Below are positions 38,221 to 52,100 of a DNA stretch of 64,000 bases, one piece after another. The DNA lies in assembly GCF_964355755.1 (NCBI RefSeq), contig NC_092671.1, positions 9,362,001 to 9,426,000 of the forward strand. Reading direction: 5' to 3'. Made by a program: the position numbers and the translations under genes. Within the stretch, counting starts at the first letter, position 1. Each line of letters opens with the position of its first letter. The DNA is from Antedon mediterranea (lineage: Eukaryota > Animalia > Echinodermata). The notes under the pieces were generated by a model that saw only the letters and a list, made by a program, of their open reading frames with translations, searched no databases and was not told where the DNA came from.

Positions 38221-41200
38221 TTATAAAATAGAGTGATACGCAACACCAAGAAGACTAGTAGAAAGCCACGCAAAACAAACCCACCAAAGCATAAATGAGA
38301 TCATTGAGTACGACAACAGGTATAAAGAATGTCCATCAGCTAAGGAGGTTGAAGCTGCCTCCTTAAGCTCTTGAAATTGTAGTGCACCATCTGAAAAAAA
38401 GTTTGAATGGTTGTAAAATCTCTGTCATATACTTTGATTCAATTCTACAGTAGGATCATGCAAGAGGTGCTGGACAATGCATGCACAAATTGTCAACAAT
38501 GAACACAACATGGTCATGCTAGAAACAGCACGCAGTTCACAACAGGGTTCCATGTGAATCAAGTCTTCTTAACACACGTTTAAGTCTGAATCTGACCAAT
38601 TCAGGTCATGTCAGAATCTACAAGATAAAAATAGTAGTAACTGTACTTACATGATGAATTTAGAAGAAGGGACAAACTAAATATTACAATGACTGGAGCC
38701 AAGTATTGCAGAGCCACCACACACAAGTATCGAAACACGCTCATCACTATTAGAAGCATTTGCTGGTATGTTATTTTCCCAGCTTCTTTACGTAGTTGAT
38801 CGAGTCGTTCTTGAGCCATGTTGAGGTAGGACTGGAGATGAGTGGGTAGAAACATGAGACGCATCAAGCAAAAACACCAAACTAAACCTAAGCGCCCTCT
38901 TTCAAATGCTGCATCACTCATTCTGAATAAATGAAAAAAAATTGGATGAACATACAAAAGTAGTGATTGGTTGTCTAGTTTCAGTTATTTATGCTTGGTT
39001 CCCACAATGACACAACACAAGGATGTAGAAGCAATGCAATCGATTTGACCAATGACAAGCAACAGTTTGAATAATCCTTCGATTGTGATTGGTTAAATCC
39101 CTTTACGTTGTGTTACATTATTGTCACGTCTCTAGTGGGAACCAAGCATTATTCACTTCTTAATACTTACATTTGCTTTTCTTGACCATTCATTAACTGA
39201 CCAACATAATTACTAAGAATATAATCACGACCCAATGGTTTGATCCACAGTAAAATGATAAACACTGGTAGTATAAAGTTGCTATGTAACAGTACTCTGA
39301 AATATTAATTGAAAAAACATAAATATAAAATAAAAATATATAATTATATATGAAATAAACAAGCAACTTCTACAGAGAGTATGAGAACATATCATAATTG
39401 TATCCAGCATAAGTCATCTTATTTAAAGTCTCTGGCAAATTATTTTTTATGTAGGCTAGTATTTTTTACAGTACTATAAATTACACAATGATACAAATAG
39501 GAAACTCACAGTAAAAATGTTCTATCAGCACTATATCGAAGAGAATCAAGATGTGTCCTAGCTATTCTCAATCCTGGGAACGTGAGAATGGCTCCTATAA
39601 TACCACATATGAAGGCTAAGCTAAGTTTGATGAGACCTTTAGATATTGGCCCACGCTTTACAGATAAGTACTTCTCTAGTAGAAACTCGTATTCTTCAGA
39701 GACTTTTTGGAGTGCTAGAAAATAAAATAAGTTTTGGCTGTCGTTAACAGTTATATGCGATAAATAGACAGTAAAACGCATAAAAAAGAGTAATATTGGT
39801 CAAAGTATTACCTGTAAATGATATTTAAATTTCATAATTGTATAGGGCTATTCCGTTAATGTATTTCCCTAAGTAAGCTGGTTCTTACCCACCAAATTTG
39901 AATTTCTCAAGTGGGAAATTTTTCATGTTATAAAAATAGGGTTACTTTCCCTTTCAGAAAAGAAAAACCATCTCACCTTCATCTAACCTAAAATCTAATT
40001 TATCGTCTCCTATGAGCATCATTGCCATGGCAATGAGCAAAAAGCACAAACCACTAGCTAAGCACATCCACAATTCTCCCTTCTCCTCTGTAGCAAAGTA
40101 CAATTTTAACAGAGAAAACAAATATTTTCTGGTAAGTCAAGTTAAAGGAACAAACAATAGTACATTAATGTTACGAAGTCTGTAACATTATTATAGTCAA
40201 TATGTCAAAAATTCGGGTGAGGGTCAATTGTATATAAATAATTAGTGTTTATGAGTTGAATAGAGAGACTATTTCATTCGTTGAAAAATTGACTGCACAA
40301 TTTATCTATCGGCGGTGCAAGAATACAATCAGGTGTGTTATAATACATGATTACATAATGGGCACTGAATGACAAATTAACAAAAGGATACAAGGCAAAC
40401 ACCTGTACAACTAGCACCCATATTAAGCTGAGATTAAACTCCGTCAAAGGGTCGTAATAAGCATAATAACCAGCTGTAACAGAGTATATAAAAGCTGCTA
40501 CAAATGTGAAATCCACCATCCATTGCAGTTCGGTGTAGTATCTCAGTGGGATCACATGGACCTCCAGGACAGGCCTTGGGATGAGTTGCACGTCCAGGCC
40601 CCTAGGTACTGTCAAAGATTCTTTTTTAGCTTCTCCCTTCCTGAATAAAATATACACGTCATTATTTAAATGTGATCTTGCTTTGTGATCATATTACACT
40701 ATATAGACTCTCTTTCACACACAAAGGCAATCATTCATATGTCAACTGAAACCATAAATGATGTCCTAATGTACTCAATAATGAGGACAGTTTGTCAGGA
40801 CAAGTAACAACAAAAACAACAGAATTGAAGCTTAGGCATACAATAGGCATAGACTGGGTTTCACCTGCCAGTTTTCAGACACATTCTATGCGTAAAATAT
40901 TTAGTTAAAATTTGATAGAACTGTGCATTTGTCTGGGCAGTGTTGAGTTTTATAACTTTTCTCTCAAATAAAAACAGTAGCTTGGGAAGTGATATACCAG
41001 CTTTATAGTAAAATTATTGTCACTGACGATACAATTTCAAACATACCTTCCTTTACGGTAATTCTTCCCATTTTCTGGTTTTATCTGGCTACGAATGTCT
41101 TGCTCACTTTGTAACTTATACCATGTCAAGTTTCTAGTGTAAAAAAAACAACATTCAACATGAATATATTTTGAAAATTAAATAACATCCTTCTTTATAA

Positions 41201-41999
41201 CATAAATGATGAACCTACAGTTGATTATTTACATATAATTTAATTTAGTGGTAAAACATTTTATGAATAATAAACATAAGTAGAAAAAAAAAAAATGTTT
41301 TCTATTTGAATAGCATACAGTAGAATATCTACTTTATGAGGAAAACAAATGAAAAAAAATATGATTCGTGAGTTGCTTTAAACACCAAATATGGTAATCA
41401 TAGAGTAAAACACAACAGTATAATATTTACCCTCTTGCGATTAGCCATTGAGCTAATGAGAAGTAAGCATTGAGCTTCTGTAGGGCTGTCACAGCAATGA
41501 ATGTGGCAACTAACTGAAAGCCAAACAAAGCCTAAAGATGCAGAAGAAAAACAAAATATTAACTACAATTTGGAGTAAATTATGGTGCCCGGGATTTACA
41601 CGTGATTGTGTCGTAGGTCATCGTCTCGACCTAGAAACAACCAAAACTGTGTCGAGGAGACCGAGGAGAACCAAGTCCTAACTTCTTGCATGCATACAGT
41701 GACTTCACATGATCTAACTTGTTCCTAGGTCAACTCTCTGTGCCAACTTTCATTAAAAATATTTTTCTGCCTAAATAAAATTGCGTTGCGTGTAATTCTG
41801 CCGTATTAGAATTTGCCCAAAAGTGGATGCCCTGAATGATTGGCTAATATTGTCTTTGTATTTGTTCTGAACGGTTTAATTTTTGTTTGTTTTTCTATAT
41901 TTGTTAACAACCGTTGTGCTGTATGTTTTTATAAAGTATACCGAAATAAATCAATTATAAAAAAACTATTACATTGACCACTTTAATTTTACTTACCAT
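38221..41999 (-). CDS. TMEM161: Transmembrane protein 161 (TMEM161A/B-like), ~9 coding exons; the first coding exon supplies only the ATG (41999-41997)
   Basis: M-ALFGFQLVATFIAVTALQKLNAYFSLAQWL; LRYYTELQWMVDF; IGAILTFPGLRIARTHLDSL; HLQSYLNMA..EAGKI..VFRYLCVVALQYLAP; SFMLWW..AWLSTSLLGVAYH*. Confidence 0.92.
38991..39148. mobile_element. MITE family 2 (Harbinger-like); partial second copy at ~15262-15386
   Basis: TIR ATGCTTGGTTCCCAC...GTGGGAACCAAGCAT; internal TTGACCAATGACAAGC...TGTGATTGGT shared with 15281-15330. Confidence 0.72.
40129..40391 (-). other. U12-type GT-AG intron in TMEM161
   Basis: 5' splice site GTATCCTTTT; branch point TTCCTTTAAC about 10 nt before the AG; frame is preserved (VFAL-KYLFSL). 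Confidence 0.88.
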
Positions 42000-43121
42000 A
42001 TTGTGCGTTTACAGTGGTTCTAATCATCCATTCTAAAATACAATAACAATTTAACAATAAATAAAGTTAGACGTACAATGTGCTTTTTGTTTAAATACAG
42101 TAGGACATTATAAAACTGTGAATTGAGGAAATGGGAAATGACATATTAAGTTGTGTGTAACTTATTGTGTTGGTGGTCTTATGTTTTGTGGTCTAGGCCT
42201 ACTGTACAGTATAACTGCATACAAATATTGTGTATGTATCTATTGATGTTTATGTGCAATTTGAAGAACTTGGCCAACAAGGATTTTCTTGCGAAATTTG
42301 AAATTGCACAAGGATTTTCATTCAAATTAAAACAAATACAAATATCTTTGCTAATGGTTTATCTTGTATCACATGGCATTGGTTATTAATATTATTAATT
42401 AGGTTACATTATGGTGATTATAATTTGGAAGCAAGAACGTTTAAATAATTCTAGAAATTGAATTGCCTGCCTTTAAAATTAATATTCGATTTAAAACATA
42501 TATACTAAAAATAAAACTCTTTCCCTTCTTTCTCGACTCAATCTCAGTTTTACCTAGATTCAGATAACCTACCCTACCGATAATAATAACTACTGTACCT
42601 ATCAAGCTACAGAGTAGCCACAAGCAAGGCAAGAAAGGTCAGACACTACAAAGGAAACAACGTCGTCTTACTCAGTCTCTGACCAGCAGTGCAGTGACAG
42701 CTACCCGGCCTAGGCCTAGCCTCTAGTAGTAGAGCTTTATTATATAAATAAGTAATGTATTTCTAAAATTATAAATCCTATAATATAAAGAGAACATTAA
42801 TTAATTATACTACCGTGATATACACACATTAATAAGTAAGGTAAACAAATAAAATAAATATTAAACATGCCGCTTTTGCTTTTGCAAACCTTTTTTGTTG
42901 AAGAATCACTCAAGCGTAAAAAACAACAAAAAGGTCACATGTCTTGAAAAATTTGCTATGCGCGTGCCGTCCGTGTGAGTAACCGGCCATCCATCGCGCC
43001 AAATACAAACTCTGCAGGAACATGCGGCTGGGTTACACAGTGACAAAAAGAAAGAGTGATTTTTTGTTTTAATAATTAGTGATACAGCGCTTGCTGTTAC
43101 TTTCAAGTAATAATTAATCTA

Positions 43122-46100
43122 ATGAAGACTCTTTTATTTTTTATTGCATTTTTTCAGTTATTAACGGTATTTGGTGAGTAAACTTAGCTACAATTAATTA
43201 ATTTATAGGCCTAGGCCCTAGGGGCCTAGGCCTAGTTAGGAGCTAGGCCTAGGCCTAGCTAGGTAGTAGGCCTAGGCCTAGCTAAAAGGGCCTAGGCCTA
43301 ACCTAGACCTATAGGGCCGGACTAGGCCTAGGCGACCTAGCTAGGCTAGGTTAGGCCTAGCGGCCTAGGCTAGTTAGTTCTGTAATTAGACCTAGAAAGG
43401 CCTTCTTTCAGGCAGGCTAGGGCCCTACCTACTAGGCTGCCTACTATTACTAAAGGCTATAGTATAGGCCTAGGCTAGGGCGGACCTCTAAAAAGGCCTA
43501 CTACTAAAGCTAACTAGGCCTAAGCCTTTATAAGTAAGTACGGCTAATATAAGTAGCTAGCTATCTAGGCCTAGAGGCTAGGGCAGGCCTAAGCTAGTAT
43601 ACCAGGCCTATAGAGCCTAGTAGTAGTACTAGTAGGTAGGGCCAGGCCTAACTAGGCTAGGCTACTATCTAGTAAAGTTTACAACAAGTAGTAGGCTTGC
43701 CTATACTATAGCCTTTAGTTAGGCTTAAAAAAGTAGTACTAGCTAGCTAGCTAGCTAGGCTAGCCGACGAGTTTAGGAAGTTAGTGAATTGTGGGGCGTA
43801 ATTTATAATAGGTCTAGCTAGGCCTATAGTCAATATCTGGTATGTGTGGTTGGTATTTCTTTGTTTATATATATTTGTACAATATTTTGTTTCCAAAGGT
43901 TCTTATGAAGGTTGTTTTAGAGAGAACCCAAATGACAGAGAATTTAATGTAGCAGGTGGTGACCTCAGTTATGATCAGGCCGAACCGCATCTTTGTACAG
44001 CCCTCTGCAAGTCCATGGATTTTGCACATGCAGCTTTACAGGAAGGCTACTTGTGTTTGTGCAGTGATAGCGTAGGAAAGCACAGCAATGGCTCACAATC
44101 AGGTTGCATTTACAGGTGTTCAGGAGACCAGGTGTCATTTTGTGGAGGGCCTGGTTTTGGTACTGTTTATTCAACAGCAACAGCGATAAAAGATTTTGCA
44201 ATTTCTGATCCAGGTTAGCTAATTAAATAAGCCTTGCTTTATTCAAGTTCATTTTAGTTACAGCATACCCACACCATAAAGAAACCTCTTACTACTGTAG
44301 GCTGTTGTTGTCGTCAATCACCTTAAAATATCTGGTTTTAAACTCATATTATGTTGATACAATATAAACCAATTATAATAACCTCACATATTTTTCTACA
44401 GTGAAGCAGAACAGTTGTTTAGAAATAAGTATAATAAACAACAGAGATGTTAAATCTAGGCTACGCATAAAATTCACCTATTAATTATATTATATTTAAA
44501 GCTATATTTCTGTTTTTCAATACTATTTTCATGGATTATTATCCTATTTATTTCAATGTTGCTTTAGGTTATCTTGAAGTATTTCAGCCAAGTGATATAT
44601 TAATCACCTTAGGAGATGGTACAGAAGGATCGTTCTATGCCTTTGACTTTGGCGATACAACTGGTGTGACAGCCACTATGCCAGAACCCCAGCCACACAT
44701 CTATGTTCAAGTGAATGTGTATCTTGTGTTAACATGGGTATGGAATACTGATTCAGGACCTCTGGAAGCTCGAAGGGAAGTTTTTGTCGAGGCACCTATT
44801 TCAGGTTTGTTGAAGCATTTTGAATCAGTTGTCCATTATTACTACAATGAGTACATTCATTTAAACTTGCAAAAAATTAAACACACACAATTAACCATTA
44901 CAAAATTCTCTATAATAATATTTGCCCTTTGTCAAATACTCCTTTTTCTTTTAGATCTGTCCACCACCTGTGACCCATTTGTGGAAGTTGACCATCCGTT
45001 CACCTGTTTCAGCAATGTCGGTCAAGGTACTAGTTTGGAGGCAACATGGAATTTCAATGATGATACCAATACAGCAACCATGGATGTCGCAGGTAATTAT
45101 TTTTTCTGTAATTTAATGTAAAAAAAAACACAAAGTTAGTGACAGTAGGTGATTCTTTTCAGTTGACAGACATTTTGAGATGAATTATAAACATCGTTAA
45201 CGTAACCCTAAGTACAAAATTAAATATATTTGTATTGATGTACCACTAGAATTCTGTAACTATTCATCCTTGCTTTCAATTTTTACTATCAATTAATATC
45301 TGATATTTTGTGCTCCAATTTTTTTAATAAAGATGCACAACGTTTTATTATTGGAGACTTTGTGCAGAGAAACATAACATCAGTTGAGCCAGCATATGAT
45401 TTTCGTGGTGTATACATCATACCATATTTAGAAATTGAACAGGACGGTAAACTTGAAGCTTGGGAAGTGTATGCTGTCAGCGAAGGCCAGATTCTTTTGC
45501 AGGTGTGTGGACGGTGTTTATTATTATATCCGATTGTATTTGGTTTACTGAATTTTCATGGCAAAACCCTTTTTAAATTTTCAATATGGTTATACTGTCT
45601 GTTATACTATGTCTGTCAACCAATCTATGAATTGAAATATTGTATAATGTGTCCGAGATCAGTTATTTGTTTCACTTTCACATAAGCAAACAAGGGGCAA
45701 TATATGTTTTAACACTATGACCAACCTCTCTTCAGAGGACACCCGATTAAGGGAACAACTTTGTTGGATCTTGGAGATGCCCTTTTAATCTTAGTCAGGT
45801 TTCTACTGGAAAAAATGGAGTAAATAAATACTAATTTCAATAATGAATTTTCTCAGGTTTTCAGGCCACTTTGCAAACCAGGAGAAAAGTACTGCACGTT
45901 CAACCGCACTTGTATCAATCGTTACTGGCCATGTCCTCCAGACACAGAACGTATCTGTCAAAATGACACTGCCTTCTGTGTTAATAAAGGTTCCTGTCAG
46001 CCATTTACAGAAGACCACATATATCATGAATCAGAGGTTTTGCTGAACAACTCATGCACTTATAAAAACCAATCATTTGGTAACATAAGCACATCAAGTA

Positions 46101-49100
46101 ACCTGACCAGAATTAGTAACATCACCAGTAACTTGACAGTGTCTGCAGGTAACAGTTCAGAGAATAGTTCCTATGGTTGCAATCAAACTACTACACATAT
46201 TTGGTATAATTACTCGTACACCTTTGGAGACTGTATTGACACTGGACCTGATGACAGCAGTAATATTATTTCGTATAAACTTGTCGGCTCAAAAATTGTT
46301 TATCTAATGGAAGGTTATAACATATTTACTGTACAAGATACTGAAAGGATCTCTTTAAAACCACATGATGTTTTAGGCTTTACAACGTACCAACAGAAGT
46401 TCCCAGACTACTACCCAAAAGCAGCATACCCACTAATAGGAAAAATAGCACATTCTTCTGATGCATTAAAACGTTTCTTCTTTGTTGAGAAGCCTTTGCT
46501 GGTGCAACAAGACGAATATTACACCGATACATTTCAGATATATTACGGTAGTTTTTATTTACGAGCACATATGTCAAAAATGACAAGAACATGGATACAA
46601 CACAGCTTTAGTAAATCAGGGATGTTTACTGTAGATGTTGAATTTAACAACAGGCTTGGAAATGTTATAAAAGCACCATCAAGAAGAGTGGCATCGCAGT
46701 ATCGTATTTTAAGCATTGAAGGCTTGGACTTCACCCGCAATCTGGGTATCTACTACGCTTGTACCGATGCGCTGTACCCAATGAAGGTAGAAATAACGCA
46801 AGGTACATTTGCAAGATTTAGATGGTTCTTTCCCAATGGGACAGAAATCCTAAGTGCTCCTTATCTAACTACGGACATCGTTGATAAACCAAACGCTAAG
46901 ATTCCAGACAGTCAGTCATACCATTTTGATGAAATTGGCAATTACACGATATTAGTGAAATCTTATAACAACATCAGTTCTCAACATGTGACTCTTCTCA
47001 CTATTGCAAGGTATAGAATCTTGGGTCTAAATGGCAGTATTGAGTTGTATCCTAATGATAACACAACACAAGATTGGAATCTTGTTCTGGCTGGTTGTTG
47101 GTTCAACTTCAGCTCAGCTATAACGTCTGGGAATGTTGTTCAGTATATCTGGGACTATGGTGACGGCCAAGGCTCCGGAGACTGGAAGTTAGAAACAATG
47201 TATAGCCATTACTATGAAAGTCCTGGAACATATACAGTTTCCATTCGATCTGACAACATAGCCAGTATTTTAGATCATTCATTTAAAGTGACAGCTGAGA
47301 AGCCAAACTATGTAGAAATTCCGGATTATGGCACAAGTGATATTCCGGTTCTGATGTTCTGCAGAGTTACATGGCATTCTGGAGAAGGTCTTGAATTCCA
47401 TTGGGATTTTGGTGATGATTCAACTGCTGTCGTGTTTGATACTGGTGTTATGTATCACAACTACACTACTTATGGTGTCTACCCTGTCACATGCACTATT
47501 AAGAATTATCCATTAGTGAAAGATACAAAGTCTATTATTGTACAGGATCCTGTGGAAGGAGTTGTCTTGTATAATAAAACAGAGGTTCTTGCAACGAGCG
47601 ATGATATTGATTACGTTGTCACCTGGACCAGAGGCAATGATGTCAAGTTTGACTGGTTTTATGGTGACCAATTTGGTGATACAACTCAAAGATCAGATAC
47701 TAAACATGTGTATAACATGGCCAACTACTATAGTGTACAAGTGAATGTATCAAACGTTGTGTCTTGGATGTTGTCAAAACATGTGCCGGTAGAAGTCCAG
47801 GAACGCGTTACCAACACACAAGTGGCATGCGATGATAACATGGTGCATAGGGTGGTTGAGGTAACAGTCTCTACTGACACCGGTAACAAGATTTGGTATA
47901 CTTATGACTTTGGTGATGGTAACGGTATAAATGTTACCAACAGCAGCACTGTTGTTCATATTTATATAGTACCGGGCATATTCACCGTGGCTGTTACTGC
48001 ATATAACGGCGTGAGTTCAGTGGTTGGAACAACTTCTGTTCAAATTGATACCATTATTGAAGGTGAGTAGTTAAAGAGACTCTTAAGGAAAGATAGAGGT
48101 GCTCTGAGGTTATTCCCCCACTTAAATATTTGTTCATCCCTTCCAAAAGAGAATACCCCCAGTTAATTATCTTACTTAAAGATGCAAACAAGAAGGCACA
48201 TACAGGTATCACATGCCATTTTAAATCCCTAACCATTTTACCACATACCAAAATGTTTTCTCTGCAGTGTATTATACATTATTTTTGTTTTTAGCTACAT
48301 ACATGCATGTTGTTACACCTCATGTGAGGGCACAGTCGCTGGACTGTAAATGCACTGCAATAAAAGGTAGCAGTGTTTTGATCACCTTTGACTGGGGCGA
48401 TGGTAGTGCTGATGGACCGTTTAAAGGAAACTTTGATGGGATGGATTCGGATTATACTAGTAAGTGCATTTCAATGACGGATTGTGAAATATGTGTGGCC
48501 TGGCCTGGCCTAAAAATTGTGAAGTGCTATACTTAAACCTCATTTCCTAATATTTTGCATTGTAATTTTCTAATTAGTGTACTTGGATTTGCCTATGTGT
48601 TTTGTATATTAACAACACATGACATGTGTTTATTTAATTGGAGGAATTGTGTAAGACATTTAATAAGGTCTAACCATCTTATCTTGCAGGTAGTCACACC
48701 TATGCAACAGAGGGTACATTCAACATTACATGTTTTATAGAAAATCCATGGGGCAATAGTGTAAATAGCAGATCCGTTGTTGTTCAAGAAGCCATTGTAG
48801 AGTTAGAATTTACACCCACTGTATCAGTAAAAGGTAGGAATATTTGCCATAAAAACATCTGAGGTAACAGGACTCCATAAATTGTTGTGTACAGTACACA
48901 AGGAAAAAAAAATTCTCAAAATGCAACAATGCAGGTGTAGTTGTGTGTGACTGCATACTGGGTATGGCTTCAAACTGATGTATCTGATTGGGTTGATGTG
49001 AATATTGATTGTGTTGGAGTTACTCTCTGGTTTGTAGTATACAGTATACTTTATAACAATGCATAGTGTACCTTCTTGAAATCAATGATTAAACTCTACA

Positions 49101-52100
49101 GAATGTAATCTGTTAGTACAGTAGTATTGTGGCATCAGGTTGTATTCTAGTTGAACCTCTCATCCATCTAAAGCTCTGTCTACACTGTGCCCATATATGG
49201 ACATGATGATTTCATACCACTACCATATTTGGGCATCACTACCATAGTTGGGCACATCACACTTTTTTGTAAAACTAGTTTGATAGTGTAAGACAGAGCT
49301 TAAAACAGTGCGGTGGAAGAAATAAAACCATTAACACTTTATACTGGATTGGTACTCAAGACATTATTGTAGCTTTATGATACCCTTAGCCATTAATTGT
49401 TTCTTCATTCTATCTTACTGCAGGGAATATATTCAATTTTACTTTACTGCCATTTGCTGGAGACAGCCATGATGTGTTACTGGAGTGGGATTATGGCGAT
49501 GGACTTCGCTACACAACAACACAATTTCAACATCAATACATTTACAGAGATGCAGGTAAGAAGCATGGCCCCATTCACCTTGATTTACATGGACTATTAT
49601 GTTATGGGCTTTATTTTAATGTATATATATATATATATATATATAGTTTTTATAAATGTTGTATTTTCTCTTGTTTGTTATGTGCAATTTGGACCCCATT
49701 GGAAATGGGCTGGTTTTTCCGGCCTAATGGGTGTTCCTGATGCTCGTTATTTTGTCTTTTGTATGTTTGTTATTTTAATGTTGAGCATCAAATAAATTCA
49801 ATCAATTCAATCAATCATGGATCAAACATTTTAATTTCTAGTTATTGGTTGAAAGCGGTACATATAATAACAACAAGGCTGAACAATCGACCCTCCCACC
49901 CGTGATCTTTAATATGAGCTGCTTCCATTTTGCAAAGAATAGCAAACCTTCTGTAGGTTTGTGAAAAAATGAATAAATTATAAACAAGAGTAAAACTTAT
50001 ATTTTTCAGGAAAATATGATGTTACCCTTACGGCAACAAATCTAGTAAGTAAGTTGTCTGTCACTCAAGAGCTATACACACAAGAGCATGTAGTGGGTCT
50101 AACATTACTTCATGATGTTATGCCGGTCACCCCTGGTAACTTAACCATCATATCATGGGCCATTGAGTATGGAACTGATGTCGAATTCAAGATTAATTTA
50201 GGTTAGCTTTTTGTTTTCTTGCTTAATATCATATTGATATAAGAATTTTGTTTTTACGACTCTCCATTTGACATTCAGGTGTTGGGTAAAAGATTAGTAC
50301 ATGCACATAATTATGTTTTTTATATTTTTTTCCTCGATCGCTGTGTAGTTAAGTGGCAGGTTTTGAACAGAAAAGTTTACTAATAACTTGATATAACCTA
50401 TGGTATATACTATATATAAACCTGTTTGAAGGGTCTCTGATTAAGCAAATAAATATTAATTCAATTAAAAAAAGAGAAAATGTAAAACCTCCAACAATAA
50501 CTTGCTCAAGATAAAAATAAATGTAGTTTTCAAATGATCAAAGGTGTTGGTGGACATCTTCTTCATAACTTCTGCATGTTAACAAGCCATTGTCTGTAAC
50601 ATAATGCTTATGATCAAACACTAACTTTTCATTATATTTTTGCATTTGAAGGAGATGGTGTGGAAGATGATTTTCTACAAATTGAAGTAGGTAACTCATA
50701 TTCAATGTATTATCGTTACCAACAACCAGGATCATACAATATTACAGTAACAGCATCAAACAGGCTAAATGGTTATACTGTTAGCACAATGGCTCATGTA
50801 GAACATCCAATAGATGGTCTTGCAGCTTATATTCAAGGCAACAGCAGCATACATACAGACAGATCGGCCTTGATTAAGATCACCATCGAACAAGGAACAA
50901 ACGTAGAGTATACGTGCGATTATCATGATGGTTCAGCACCAATTGTGACAACTAGACTATTCTGCAAGCATAAGTTTATTGAGCTCGGTCCGCATGTTGT
51001 GACTGTTTTTGCAACTAACCATCTGAGCGTTAGTGTTGTGTCTGCAAACGAAACATACATGGTTTTCTTGCCACCGATACCACAGATGATTCAAGACTTG
51101 GGAATTCATTCTGATGATGCAGTCATTGTTGGTACGCCAATGTTCTTTTATTTGGAAAAGTCAAGCGGAAATATGTTCAACTGTACATGGGATTTTGGTG
51201 ATGGTTCAACGTATGTTATAGATCGTACCATGTACTACGAACCAGTGATTCACACGTATGATACAGTAAATGAGTATGACGTACTATTGAACTGTAGTAA
51301 TTATGTTTATCCACCTGTAGAAGTCTATAAACATATTCATGTTCAAGAGCCAATCACAGGGCTGGCATATAACGTCACTCCTGTAATAGAATATGGGCAA
51401 GACTTCTTGGTGAATTTCACTATTGAAACAGGCACAGACGTGTCTTCAGATATTTTATATGCAGGGTTGGTTTTTTCGGCGTACATCAATGGTATAAATG
51501 GGTTTAGTGTTATACCATCAGTAGCCATCAACCAATCAGGATGGGTTGATTTAACCATTACAGCAGATAACAGGGTCACAGAGAAGTTGTTCCTTACCAA
51601 ACAACTGTACGTTCAAAACCGTATGACAGGCTTAGAATTTTGGGCTGACCCTCCTTATGTCACTGTAGGTTCAATTGTCACCTGTTTTGTATCCTTAGAA
51701 ACTGGAACAAATGTGACGTTTCAATGGCATTTTGGAACAAATTATGTTGTTGAAACACATTTAAATGAATCATCAGGTTCATTGTCTGATTCCCGTTCCC
51801 ATTTTTATTCTCAAGTTGGATTTTATGCTATGCATGTCATTGCATCAAATCATTTTAACGAGTTTACAAGTACGCCAATTTTAATCGCAGTTCAGAACAA
51901 AATCCATGGATTCAGTATCAGTACCAAAGACAGTAAGGTCGAATACCCTAACGGTACAATTATCATTGACATGCAATGGAACAAGTATTTTAAAACTTTA
52001 CCCACCAACGCAACACTTGCAATTGATTTCGGTGATGGATCAGAAATTTATTCAACTGCTTTGGATGGCATTCCCTATATTTCTACTCTTCGAAAGACAT

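Noticed and set aside
43206-43826. CRISPR-like or tandem satellite interpretation of the palindromic tract
   Set aside because: No constant repeat/spacer period, and the context is a eukaryotic intron
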